This document shows positions 10,241 to 20,500 of a stretch of DNA of 64,000 nt, piece by piece. Source of the stretch: Bacteroides sp. (GTDB lineage: Bacteria; Bacteroidota; Bacteroidia; Bacteroidales; Bacteroidaceae); assembly GCA_036652495.1 (NCBI GenBank), contig JAVVVS010000001.1, positions 76,240 through 140,239 on the forward strand, given 5' to 3'. The number at the start of each line of letters is the position of its first letter. Within the stretch, counting starts at the first letter, position 1. Below the pieces are notes generated by a model, which saw only the letters and a program-made list of their open reading frames with translations, was not told the origin of the DNA and ran no database searches. Made by a program: the position numbers and the translations under genes.

Positions 10241-11242
10241 CTATTCGCACTCTTTCTCAATCAGACCTAATTCTTCTGCCGTAAATTCTCTGTTCTCCAG
10301 AGCTTTCAAATTATCAGCCAATTGGTTGACGGAGCTGGCACCCACTATGACAGAAGTTACCAAGTCATCTTTCAACACCCACGCCAACGCCATCTCCGCT
10401 AAGGTCTGTCCACGTTGTACAGCTAAGGCATGGAGGGCTTTTGTCTTCTTCAGCACCTCGTCCGTAAGCTGTTCTTTCTTCAAGAAACCACCGCGAGCGA
10501 TGCGCGAGTTGTCGGGGATGCCATTCAAATATCGATTGGTCAGCAATCCTTGAGCGAGGGGGGAGAAGGCGATGAATCCGGTACCGTTGATTTTAGCCTG
10601 TTGCAGTATGCCGCTTTCTTCCGGTTCGCGGTTGAACAGGTTGTAACGTCCTTGATAAAGCAAACAGTGCACGTCTCTTTCAGCCAGATAACGGTACGCA
10701 AAGTCTGCCGCCTCTTTAGGATATTTAGAAATGCCTACATAGAGCGCCTTGCCTTGACGAACAATGTCGACTAAGGTTTGCAAAGTCTCTTCAAGCGGGG
10801 TATGGGGATCGTAGCGATGGGAGTAGAAAAGGTCTACATAGTCCAGATTCATTCGTTGAAGGCTCTGATTAAGGCTCGTCATCAGATGTTTCCGAGAACC
10901 CCAGTCGCCGTAAGGACCTGCCCACATCTCGTGTCCGGCTTTGGTAGAAATAAACAACTCATCCCGGTAAGAATGAAAGGACTTCTTCATGATTTGTCCG
11001 AAGGTTTCTTCCGCCGATCCAAAGGAAGGCCCGTAGTTGTTTGCCAGATCGAAATGCGTGATGCCGTTGTCGAAAGCATAATGTGCCATCTGCAAACTGT
11101 TGAACAAAGAGTCTACATCGCCAAAGTTGTGCCAAAGACCGAGAGATATTTCGGGAAGCAGAATGCCGCTTTTGCCACACCGACGGTAGTTCATCCCGCA
11201 GGTATATCTGTCTGGGCGGGGAGAATAAATGGGGTTTGTCAT
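10241..11242 (-). CDS. Aldo/keto reductase (Gpr/YghZ, L-glyceraldehyde-3-phosphate reductase-like)
   Basis: SLGLWHNFG, HFDLANNYGP, ELFISTKAG, YVDLFYSHR and FSPLAQGLLT motifs. Confidence 0.92.
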   Translation of the reverse strand: MTNPIYSPRPDRYTCGMNYRRCGKSGILLPEISLGLWHNFGDVDSLFNSLQMAHYAFDNGITHFDLANNYGPSFGSAEETFGQIMKKSFHSYRDELFISTKAGHEMWAGPYGDWGSRKHLMTSLNQSLQRMNLDYVDLFYSHRYDPHTPLEETLQTLVDIVRQGKALYVGISKYPKEAADFAYRYLAERDVHCLLYQGRYNLFNREPEESGILQQAKINGTGFIAFSPLAQGLLTNRYLNGIPDNSRIARGGFLKKEQLTDEVLKKTKALHALAVQRGQTLAEMALAWVLKDDLVTSVIVGASSVNQLADNLKALENREFTAEELGLIEKECE

Positions 11243-11267
11243 ATCCGTTAGTTTTTTAAAGTCAATG

Positions 11268-11275
11268 CAAATATA
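11268..11275 (-). promoter_or_regulatory. -7 box (TATATTTG) for the aldo/keto reductase
   Basis: CAAATATA on the + strand, 25 bp upstream of the start codon. Confidence 0.6.
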
Positions 11276-11501
11276 GGTGAACTTAAAGAAATAGACTAAT
11301 GAATAAGCTGTACTTCTCTCGAATTATTTTGATTCAAAATAAAAAGCAGACCTCTTTGTGGTGATGAAACCAACTCTTATTTAAAGAAACGCCTTTTCTT
11401 GTTTCAGAACACTTTTTTTCATATTCTTTCAAGTGTGAAGAATGTAAACGGTTCATCTTATCTGTTTTATGTCTGGCCTTTGCCCGAGTTGTACAAAAGG
11501 A

Positions 11502-11540
11502 AAGAGGATAAATAACTTATTGATTGTTACTTATCCTCTT
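11502..11540 (-). terminator. Terminator hairpin downstream of tRNA-fMet
   Basis: AAGAGGATAA ... TTATCCTCTT inverted repeat; T-rich tail on the minus strand. Confidence 0.65.
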
Positions 11541-11545
11541 CTTAG

Positions 11546-11618
<73 letters not shown>

Positions 11619-11632
11619 ATATTTTCTGAGTA

Positions 11633-11663
11633 CAAAGGTACTGCTTTGAATTGAATACACAAA
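11633..11663 (-). promoter_or_regulatory. Consensus promoter of tRNA-fMet (TTTG-N19-TACCTTTG)
   Basis: -33 TTTG (11660-11663) and -7 TACCTTTG (11633-11640) on the minus strand, 19-bp spacer. Confidence 0.8.
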
Positions 11664-11783
11664 TTATTCGCTAGTTATTTTTATATTATTTCTCTTCCGA
11701 TAGTTTACTGCACTGATTATGAATAGGTATAGCTTCCGCATTCTTTCTAATGCGATTCACCTACAAATGTTAATAATCTACCC

Positions 11784-11820
11784 CTTTTCTTGTGTGATAG
11801 CAAGAAAAGCACTACTTTTG
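11784..11820 (+). promoter_or_regulatory. Promoter of the tetR-fabG operon with overlapping inverted repeat
   Basis: TTG (11790-11792), N20, TACTTTTG (11813-11820); inverted repeat CTTTTCTTG-N8-CAAGAAAAG. Confidence 0.6.
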
Positions 11821-11853
11821 CTCAAATAATTCAGTAATGTGCAATTGTAACCT

Positions 11854-12444
11854 ATGACCGTATCAAAAACGAAAGCCAAATTAGTGGATGTTGCCCGTCA
11901 GCTTTTTGCTAAAATGGGAGTGGAAAACACCACAATGAATGATATTGCCCTTGCTTCAAAGAAAGGTAGAAGAACGCTCTATACATACTTCAAAAGTAAG
12001 GATGACATCTACTCCGCCGTCGTTGAGTCGGAGTTGGACATTCTTTCAGATATAATGAAGCGCGTGGCAGAAAAAGACATATTGCCCGACAAAAAGATTA
12101 TCGAAATGATTTATACCCGACTGGATGCGGTAAAAGAAGTGGTCTACCGTAACGGAACGCTCCGTGCCATTTTCTTCCGCGACATTTGGAGGGTGGAAAA
12201 GGTGCGCAAGCGCTTTGATGCCCGAGAGATTATGCTTTTCAAAGGAGTGTTGGAAGAAGGGCAGAAAAAAGGCGTATTCAGCATTGACGACTTGGACATG
12301 ACTGCCACGCTGATTCATTATTGCGTTAAAGGCATTGAAGTACCTTATATCCGCGGGCATGTAGGCGCTAATTTAGATGTAGAGACCCGCAAGAAATACG
12401 TCGCCAACTTGGTGCTTGGCGCACTGCATAAAACAGATATTTAA
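11854..12444 (+). CDS. TetR/AcrR-family transcriptional regulator
   Basis: N-terminal HTH (ARQLFAKMGVENTTMNDIA...TLYTYFKSKDDI); 196 aa. Confidence 0.93.
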   Translation: MTVSKTKAKLVDVARQLFAKMGVENTTMNDIALASKKGRRTLYTYFKSKDDIYSAVVESELDILSDIMKRVAEKDILPDKKIIEMIYTRLDAVKEVVYRNGTLRAIFFRDIWRVEKVRKRFDAREIMLFKGVLEEGQKKGVFSIDDLDMTATLIHYCVKGIEVPYIRGHVGANLDVETRKKYVANLVLGALHKTDI

Positions 12445-12465
12445 TTAAAAATAAAAATTAGTAGT

Positions 12466-13212
12466 ATGGGATTATTAGATGGAAAGACTGCCATTATAAC
12501 GGGCGCTGCTCGTGGCATTGGCAAAGCAATCGCTTTGAAATTCGCTTCTGAAGGAGCAAACATTGCATTTACCGACCTTATGATCGATGAGAACGCTGCC
12601 AACACAGCCAAAGAGATTGAAGCATTCGGCGTGAAGGCCAAAGGATACGCTTCCAACGCTGCGAACTTTGAAGATACCTCCAAGGTGGTAACTGAGATTC
12701 AAAAGGACTTCGGACGCATTGACATCCTGGTGAACAACGCCGGCATCACGCGCGACGGATTAATGATGCGTATGGGAGAACAACAATGGGATATGGTGAT
12801 CAACGTAAACTTGAAATCGGCTTTCAATTTTGTACACGCATGCACACCGATAATGATGCGCCAGAAATCGGGCAACATCATCAATATGGCTTCCGTAGTA
12901 GGCGTTCACGGCAATGCCGGACAAGCAAACTACGCTGCTTCTAAAGCCGGACTGATTGCGCTGGCTAAATCGATGGCGCAAGAGGTGGGTTCACGCGGCA
13001 TCCGCGCCAATGCCATCGCTCCGGGATTCATCATCACCGACATGACAGCCGCTCTTTCCGAAGAGGTGAGAGCCGAATGGGCAAAAAAGATTCCGTTGCG
13101 TCGGGGCGGTACGCCCGAAGATGTGGCCAATGTAGCCACTTTCCTAGCTTCCGACCTCTCTTCGTATGTGTCAGGGCAGGTGATTCAGGTTGATGGTGGA
13201 ATGAATATGTAA
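12466..13212 (+). CDS. fabG: 3-oxoacyl-[ACP] reductase
   Basis: TGAARGIG, NNAGITRD, GNAGQANYAASKAG, APGFI and GQVIQVDGG motifs. Confidence 0.95.
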   Translation: MGLLDGKTAIITGAARGIGKAIALKFASEGANIAFTDLMIDENAANTAKEIEAFGVKAKGYASNAANFEDTSKVVTEIQKDFGRIDILVNNAGITRDGLMMRMGEQQWDMVINVNLKSAFNFVHACTPIMMRQKSGNIINMASVVGVHGNAGQANYAASKAGLIALAKSMAQEVGSRGIRANAIAPGFIITDMTAALSEEVRAEWAKKIPLRRGGTPEDVANVATFLASDLSSYVSGQVIQVDGGMNM

Positions 13213-13221
13213 TTCGTCCAC

Positions 13222-13893
13222 ATGACTGTAGTATACGAAGACAACCACCTTATCGTAGTCAACAAGACCGCTTCCGAGATAGTTCAGGGAGACAAGACGG
13301 GCGACACCCCGCTTTCGGAGACTGTGAAACAGTACCTGAAAGAGAAGTACCACAAACCCGGTAACGTCTTCATCGGTGTGACCCACCGACTGGATCGCCC
13401 CGTAAGCGGTCTTGTTATCTTTGCTAAGACCAGCAAAGCACTTCCCCGCCTCAACGAAATGTTCAAAAACGGCGAAGTGAAGAAGACATACTGGGCAATC
13501 GTAAAAAATCCCCCTCAGGAACCTGAAGGCGAATTGGTGCACTACCTTGTGCGCAACGAAAAGCAGAACAAAAGCTATGCCTACGACAAGGAAGTACCCA
13601 ACAGCAAGAAGGCCATCCTTCATTATCGTTTGATAGGACGTTCGGACAATTATTTCCTGCTCGAAGTCGACCTGAAGACCGGACGGCATCACCAGATACG
13701 CTGCCAATTGGCAAAAATGGGTTCCCCCATCAAGGGCGATTTGAAGTACGGATCGCCACGTTCCAACCCAGACGGCAGCATCTGCCTGCATGCCCGGCAT
13801 GTGGAGTTCGTCCATCCGGTATCGCAAGAGTCCGTCAGCGTAGAAGCGCCAACGCCCGACAGCCCCCTATGGAATGGATTCAACCTACTGTAA
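13222..13893 (+). CDS. RluA-family RNA pseudouridine synthase
   Basis: HRLDRPVSG (catalytic Asp), TGRHHQIR, PIKGDLKYG, LHA. Confidence 0.93.
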   Translation: MTVVYEDNHLIVVNKTASEIVQGDKTGDTPLSETVKQYLKEKYHKPGNVFIGVTHRLDRPVSGLVIFAKTSKALPRLNEMFKNGEVKKTYWAIVKNPPQEPEGELVHYLVRNEKQNKSYAYDKEVPNSKKAILHYRLIGRSDNYFLLEVDLKTGRHHQIRCQLAKMGSPIKGDLKYGSPRSNPDGSICLHARHVEFVHPVSQESVSVEAPTPDSPLWNGFNLL

Positions 13894-13923
13894 CCACCTT
13901 CTAAAAGAGAAAAGCCAATCATC

Positions 13924-14760
13924 ATGAAAAAGAATATATGGATACTATTAACCCTCCTGTTGTGCAACGCTACTGCCTGCACCTCTGGAAAAAAAAACAA
14001 TGAAACCATGGAGAAAGAAACTATATTGAAAATAGAGACCACAATGGGAACCATCCGCGTAAAGCTCTATAACGAGACTCCCCAACACCGCGACAACTTT
14101 ATCAAGCTTGCCAAAGAAGAAACCCTGAACGGCACTCTCTTTCACCGCGTTATCAAAGACTTTATGATTCAGGCGGGCGACCCCGAGTCAAAAAACGCGC
14201 CCAAGGGCAAGATGCTCGGTTCCGGCGATGTGGGATATACCATTCCCGCCGAGTTCGTCTATCCGCAATACTTCCACAAGAAAGGTGCCCTCTCTGCTGC
14301 CCGACAGGGCGATGAGACTAACCCGCTGAAAGCCTCTTCTGGATGCCAGTTCTACATCGTCACCGGGAAGGTGTACAACGACTCCACCCTGCTCGGCATG
14401 GAGAAACAGAAAAACAGCGCCAAGGTGGACGAGCTTTTCAACGCGTTGGCACAAAAACACATGAAACAAATCTACAAGATGCGCAAGGAGAACGATAACG
14501 ACGGACTCTTTGCCCTGCAAGATACCCTTATCGCACAAGCCGAAGCTGAAGCTGCCAAAAAGCCCGACTTCCACTTCACTCCCGAGCAAATGGAAGCCTA
14601 CAGCACTGTGGGCGGCACTCCTCATCTCGACGGTGAATACACCGTCTTCGGAGAGGTGATAGAAGGACTCGACATCGTGGATAAGATTCAGCAAGTGAAG
14701 ACCGACCGCAGCGACCGCCCCGTAGAGGACGTAAAAATCATCAAGGTCGAGGTGGAATAA
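13924..14760 (+). CDS. Cyclophilin-type peptidyl-prolyl isomerase (probable lipoprotein)
   Basis: FHRVIKDFMIQAGD, SGCQFYIV, HLDGEYTVFGEV; N-terminal signal with Cys. Confidence 0.93.
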   Translation: MKKNIWILLTLLLCNATACTSGKKNNETMEKETILKIETTMGTIRVKLYNETPQHRDNFIKLAKEETLNGTLFHRVIKDFMIQAGDPESKNAPKGKMLGSGDVGYTIPAEFVYPQYFHKKGALSAARQGDETNPLKASSGCQFYIVTGKVYNDSTLLGMEKQKNSAKVDELFNALAQKHMKQIYKMRKENDNDGLFALQDTLIAQAEAEAAKKPDFHFTPEQMEAYSTVGGTPHLDGEYTVFGEVIEGLDIVDKIQQVKTDRSDRPVEDVKIIKVEVE

Positions 14761-14763
14761 CTG

Positions 14764-16008
14764 ATGAACATCCGCAAACATACCCTTGCCAACGGCTTAC
14801 GCCTGGTGCACGTACAGGATGAGAGCACTCAGATGGTGGCTCTCAACCTGCTATACGATGTCGGCGCTCGCGACGAGCACCCGCAGCACACTGGCTTTGC
14901 CCATCTCTTCGAACACCTCATGTTCGGCGGTTCCAAGCACATCCCCGATTACGACGCCCCCCTGCAACTGGCGAGCGGAGAGAACAATGCCTGGACCAAC
15001 AATGACATGACCAACTATTACCTCACCCTCCCTTACATCAATGTAGAGACCGGATTCTGGCTCGAGTCCGACCGCATGCTCAGCCTCGACTTTAGTACCC
15101 GCAGCCTCGACGTGCAGCGCGGAGTGGTGATGGAAGAATTCAAGCAGCGCTGCCTCAATGCACCGTATGGCGACGTAAGCCACTTGATGCGCCCCCTCGC
15201 CTACCGCGTGCACCCGTACCGCTGGCCCACCATCGGCAAGGAGCTGGACCACGTAGCAAACGCTACCCTAGAGGAAGTGGAAAAGTTCTTCTTCCGGTTC
15301 TACGCTCCAAACAATGCCGTGCTCGCTGTGACGGGAAACATCTCCTTCGACGAGACGCTGCACCTTACCCAGAAATGGTTCGGACCTATCCCCCGCCGCG
15401 ACGTGCCCGTACGCCAGCTCCCGCAGGAACCCGAACAGACCGAAGAACGACGGATGACGGTGGAGCGAAACGTCCCCCTAGACGCCCTCTTCCTCTCGTT
15501 CCACATCTGCGACAGGCACCATCCAGACTATTACGCCTTCGACTTACTGAGCGACATCTTGAGCAACGGGCGTTCGAGCCGCCTCGAGCAACGGCTGGTG
15601 CAGCAACGCCCCGTCTTTTCAAGCATCGACGCCTCCATCTCCGGCAGCCTCGACGCGGGGATGTTCCTCCTCTCGGGCAAGCCTGCTCAAGGTGTCTCAC
15701 TCGACGAAGCCGAGACTGCTCTCCGCGCAGAGCTAGATGAATTGCAGACGTGCCTTATCGGCGACGACGAATTGGAGAAGGTGAAGAACAAGTTCGAATC
15801 CACCCAAATATTTGGCAACATCAACTACCTCAACGTAGCTACCAACCTCGCTTTCTTCGAACTCATCGGGAAGGCGGAAGAGATGCTCGGCGAAGTGGAC
15901 CGTTACCGTGCCGTCACTGCCCAACAACTCCGACAAGCCGCTCGCCAAGCCTTCCGCAGAGAGAACAGCGTGGTGTTGCACTACAAAAAGAAGAAGGCAC
16001 TCGGATGA
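14764..16008 (+). CDS. M16 (pitrilysin-family) zinc peptidase
   Basis: Inverted zincin motif HLFEH, NAWT, FYAPNNAVLAVTG. Confidence 0.92.
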   Translation: MNIRKHTLANGLRLVHVQDESTQMVALNLLYDVGARDEHPQHTGFAHLFEHLMFGGSKHIPDYDAPLQLASGENNAWTNNDMTNYYLTLPYINVETGFWLESDRMLSLDFSTRSLDVQRGVVMEEFKQRCLNAPYGDVSHLMRPLAYRVHPYRWPTIGKELDHVANATLEEVEKFFFRFYAPNNAVLAVTGNISFDETLHLTQKWFGPIPRRDVPVRQLPQEPEQTEERRMTVERNVPLDALFLSFHICDRHHPDYYAFDLLSDILSNGRSSRLEQRLVQQRPVFSSIDASISGSLDAGMFLLSGKPAQGVSLDEAETALRAELDELQTCLIGDDELEKVKNKFESTQIFGNINYLNVATNLAFFELIGKAEEMLGEVDRYRAVTAQQLRQAARQAFRRENSVVLHYKKKKALG

Positions 16009-16050
16009 CACGGGAAGCCCGTCAACAAAAAACAGATTATACTAAACCTT

Positions 16051-17388
16051 ATGAACCAAGCCACTTTCAAGACCTATCTCCCTCACTACCGCGCGCTGAT
16101 TTACCTTGGCGTGCCTATCATCATCGGACAAATCGGCGTCATCGTACTCGGCTTTGCAGATACGTTGATGATTGGACACCACAGCACCGACGAACTGGGC
16201 GCGGCTTCCTTCGTCAACAACGTCTTTAACCTAGTCATCATCTTCAGTACCGGATTCTCCTACGGACTAACGCCCATTGTGGGCGGGCTCTACGGTAACC
16301 GGAAGTTCGCCTTTGCCGGGCAGGCGTTGCGGCTGAGCTTGATTGCCAACGTCCTCGTGGGCTTGCTGCTCACCCTGCTGATGGGGGTGCTCTACCTCAA
16401 CTTGGATTACTTGGGACAGCCCGAGGAGCTGATGCCGCTCATCAAACCCTACTACCTAGTGCTGCTTCTTTCGCTCGTTTTCGTGATGCTCTTCAACGGA
16501 TTCAAGCAATTCACTGACGGCATTACTGACACCAAGACCGCCATGTGGCTCCTTTTAGGCGGCAATGTGCTCAACATCATCGGCAACTACATTCTCATCA
16601 ACGGAAAGCTGGGACTGCCCGAACTCGGCTTGCTGGGCGCGGGTATCAGCACCCTGTTTTCGCGCATCGTGATGGTAGGGGTTTTCGTGCTGCTCTTCTT
16701 GCGCAGCCGGAGGTTCGTGCGCTATAAAGTGGGGTTCGTACGGTTCGGATGGTCGGGCGAAGTTTTCAAAAGACTCCACGCCTTGGGCTGGCCGGTGGGC
16801 TTGCAAATGGGCATGGAGGCGGCATCGTTCAGCCTCAGCGCTGTGATGGTGGGCTGGCTGGGCACCATCGCATTGGCGTCGCACCAAATTATGTGCACCA
16901 TTTCACAGTTCACCTTCATGATGTTCTACGGCATGGGCGCGGCGGTAGCGGTGCGCGTGAGCAACTTCAAGGGGCAGAACGACACGGTGGGCGTGCGCCG
17001 TTCCGCCTACGCAGGCTTTCATCTGATGATGGGGATGGTGGTGGTGCTCTCCACCATCGTGCTGCTGCTACGCAACTACCTGGGTGGATGGTTCACCGAC
17101 AACGCAGAGGTATCCGCCATGGTGGTGACGCTGATCATCCCGATGCTCATCTACCAGGTAGGCGACGGCTTGCAAATCAACTTCGCCAACGCCCTGCGCG
17201 GTATTTCGGACGTAAAGCCGATGATGGGCATCGCCTTCGTGGCATACTTCCTCATTTCACTCCCCGTGGGATACTTCTGCGGCTTCGTACTCGAGTGGGG
17301 CATCGTGGGCGTGTGGATGGCATTCCCATTCGGGCTCACCTCGGCGGGACTGATGCTCTGGTGGCGCTTTGCGTACAAGACGCGGTAA
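16051..17388 (+). CDS. MATE-family efflux transporter
   Basis: About 12 hydrophobic helices; DTLMIGH...ELGAAS, GLPELGLLGAGIST, ALASHQI. Confidence 0.93.
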   Translation: MNQATFKTYLPHYRALIYLGVPIIIGQIGVIVLGFADTLMIGHHSTDELGAASFVNNVFNLVIIFSTGFSYGLTPIVGGLYGNRKFAFAGQALRLSLIANVLVGLLLTLLMGVLYLNLDYLGQPEELMPLIKPYYLVLLLSLVFVMLFNGFKQFTDGITDTKTAMWLLLGGNVLNIIGNYILINGKLGLPELGLLGAGISTLFSRIVMVGVFVLLFLRSRRFVRYKVGFVRFGWSGEVFKRLHALGWPVGLQMGMEAASFSLSAVMVGWLGTIALASHQIMCTISQFTFMMFYGMGAAVAVRVSNFKGQNDTVGVRRSAYAGFHLMMGMVVVLSTIVLLLRNYLGGWFTDNAEVSAMVVTLIIPMLIYQVGDGLQINFANALRGISDVKPMMGIAFVAYFLISLPVGYFCGFVLEWGIVGVWMAFPFGLTSAGLMLWWRFAYKTR

Positions 17389-17504
17389 AAAACAGGGTAC
17401 GCGTAATCCGTGCCTAAAGCCCCATTGACAGGCATCGCGCAGACCTACGGGACGCTTGCAAAGCAGTTTGATGCGCACATTTTTCTCTCACCGAAATTAA
17501 TCAT

Positions 17505-17512
17505 TATCTTTG
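17505..17512 (+). promoter_or_regulatory. -7 box (TATCTTTG) for tamB-omp85
   Basis: TAnnTTTG 35 bp before ATG 17548. Confidence 0.6.
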
Positions 17513-17547
17513 CCAGCGTGTTATTCATTTTACTAACTTCTGCTCGC

Positions 17548-20500
17548 ATGAAAAGAACCGTGATACGCTGGGCTGTACGAATCGCCCTCACCCCCGTGCT
17601 ACTCTTTGTGATACTGATGGTATTGCTCTACATCCCGCCCGTGCAAAACCTGCTCTGCGGTATCGCCACCTCCACGGCTTCGCGCGCCACGGGGATGCAG
17701 ATTACTGCCGGGCGCATCGATCTGCGCTTCCCACTCAACCTGCTGGTGACCGACGTCACCGTGGTGCAAGCACCGGACACGCTGTTGGCGATGGGCAGCC
17801 TCAACATCCGCGTACAAGCCCTCCCCCTCTTCCGCGGAAAAGTGGAAGTGGACGATATCACCCTCCACAACGCCACCGTAAACTCCGCCCACCTCCTCCA
17901 AGGCATGCGCCTACGAGGGGTACTGGGTCATTTCACCTTACGCAGCCACGGCATTGACCTCCGCCGACAGACGGTAGTCATCAACCGTGCCGAACTCACC
18001 AACACCCACCTCCACCTTACTTTGCGCGACACCACCGAGACTCCGGCGGACACCGCCTCAGTCCCCCTGCGCTGGAAAATCAACCTGCAGGAGATGAAGC
18101 TAGCCAACGTCTCCGTCCACCTCACTCTGCCCGCCGACTCACTCCGAATGGCGACCCGCATCGGCACCGCCACAATGGAGGATGCGCACATCGACCTGGG
18201 GAGCGATACCTACGGCTTCCGCCAATTCCGCCTCGCTGCCGGCAGCGTCCGCTACGACGAGGGGCGCAAGGCTCCTGTCCGTGGACTCGACCCGGCACAC
18301 ATCGCTTTGCGCAACATCCGCATGGACATCGACTCAGTGCTCTACCACGGTCGCTCGATGAACGCCGTGCTCCGCCAAGCCTCGATGGACGAACGCTCCG
18401 GACTCGCCATCACCTCCCTCACCGGACGGATACAAGCCGACAACTCCCTCCTTCGCATACCCACCCTGCGTCTGCTTACTCCCCATTCCGAAGTAAACTT
18501 TGCCGCACAAACCTACTGGGAGCTAATTGACGTCCCTACCACAGGACGACTCGGCGCGCAGTTCACCGCCCTCATCGGCAAGCAAGACCTCATGCTCGCC
18601 TCCGGTGCCGCACCCGACGACGCCACAGCAGCTTTTTGGGCAGCCTACCCCTTCCGCCCTCTTATGGTACGTGCCAGCACCGACGGCAACCTCAAACAGC
18701 TTCAGCTCTCCCGCTTCTCCGTGAACTTGCCCGGAGCCTTTGCCCTAAGCGGGAAAGGCGAATTGCGCCATCTCGCCGACAGCCTGAAACGATCCGGATC
18801 CGCGGACCTGCGGATGCAGACCGCCGACCTCGACTTCCTCACCACCCTAATTACAAACGCTGCCAAGCCCACCGCCAACACCTTCATCCTGCCCAACCAG
18901 ATGGAACTCACCGCTCATCTGGGAATGGACGGCCCTCACTACCAAGCTCGCCTAGACCTGCACGACGGCGAAGGTCGAGTGAACGCTCAAGCCGACTTTG
19001 ACGCCCGCACCCAAACCTACCGCGCCAACCTCGCCGTAGAAGCCCTGCAGCTGACCCACTTCTTGCCACGCGACTCCCTCTATGAGCTCTCCGCCTCCGC
19101 CTCCGCCAGCGGCAAAGGACTCGACTTCCGCTCTCGCCACACCACCGCCCGACTCACCGCTACACTGGACGAGCTGCACTATGCCCACTATTACCTTTCA
19201 GACATCACCTTGGCAGCAGACCTCCACGCATCCTCCGCCACCGCACGCCTGACCAGCGGCAACGACTTGCTGGGGATGACCGCTACAGCAGACTACAACC
19301 TCGCCGCCCCCTATCCCGACGGGCAGCTCACGATGGACGTCTCACACATCGACCTCTACGAACTCCGCCTCGCCCCCCGCCCCATGAAGCGCCCCCTTGC
19401 CTTCCACTTCGAAGCTGAAGCCCGCAAAGCCACCTTCACCACTCGCTTGCGTGCAGGCGACCTCCATCTCGACCTCGAAGCCAGCCAAGGCTTGCAACCC
19501 TTCCTCCGCCAAAGCACCCACTTTGCCCACGTGCTCCAAGGGCAGATAGACGACCGCCTGCTCGACCACAAAGCTCTCCGCCAAGCCCTCCCCTCCGCTC
19601 TCTTCAGCCTCAGCGCCGGAGAAGAAAATCCACTTGCCTGGTACCTCGCCACCAAAGACATCGGATACGGCAGCCTCACCGCCAAATTCGGTTCCGCCCC
19701 CAGCCAAGGCATCAACGGCTATGCCGCCATCCGCGCCCTGCACGTAGACACCCTGCTGCTAGACACCGTCTATTTCGCCGCCCGGCAAGACACCGCCCGG
19801 ATGAACCTCCACGCAGGGGTCATCAACGCCCCCACCAATCCGCAGCGCTCGTTCAAAGCCAGCCTCACCGGCGAAATACGCACCAACGACGCCGAACTCA
19901 CCACCCGCTACGAAAATGGAAAAGGAGAGCTGGGCATGCTCCTGGGCGTCAACATTCGCCCTCTCACCGGCGGACACGGCAAAGGCAACGGACTCGCCTT
20001 CAGCTTCACCCCCCAAGAACCCGTCATCGCCTTCCAGAAGTTCCGCTTCGAAGAAGGTCACAACTGGCTCTACCTTCACAAGAACAAACGCGCCTTTGCC
20101 AGCATCGACCTCGTGGGTCCTGAAGATATGGCCTTCCGCATGCACTCTATCCTTGCCGACACCACCTCGCTGCAAAACATGGACATCGCCCTCCAACGCA
20201 TCAAACTCAGCGATGTGAGCAGCGTGCTCCCCTACTTCCCCGCCCTGAGCGGGCTACTTTCCGCCGAAGCGCACTACATCCAAAAAGAGAAAACCCTCGT
20301 CCTCTCGGCCGAAGCCAGCGTAGACGAACTCACCTACGAGCACCAACGCGTGGGCGACCTCACCTTGGGCGCCACTTGGCTGCCCGGTGACAACGGCAAA
20401 CAATACGTCAACTCCTACCTTACGCACGACAAGACAGAAGTACTAGTGGCAGACGGCGCCCTCTACCCCCGGGAACACGGCAAAGACAACATCGAAGTCA

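Noticed and set aside
17410-17547. Long N-terminal extensions in the ORF track (also 4914, 25817, 27545, 33403, 42713, 48639, 53948)
   Set aside because: Each extension overlaps a -7-like promoter box or UTR, and the downstream ATG gives a proper signal peptide or family N-terminus.
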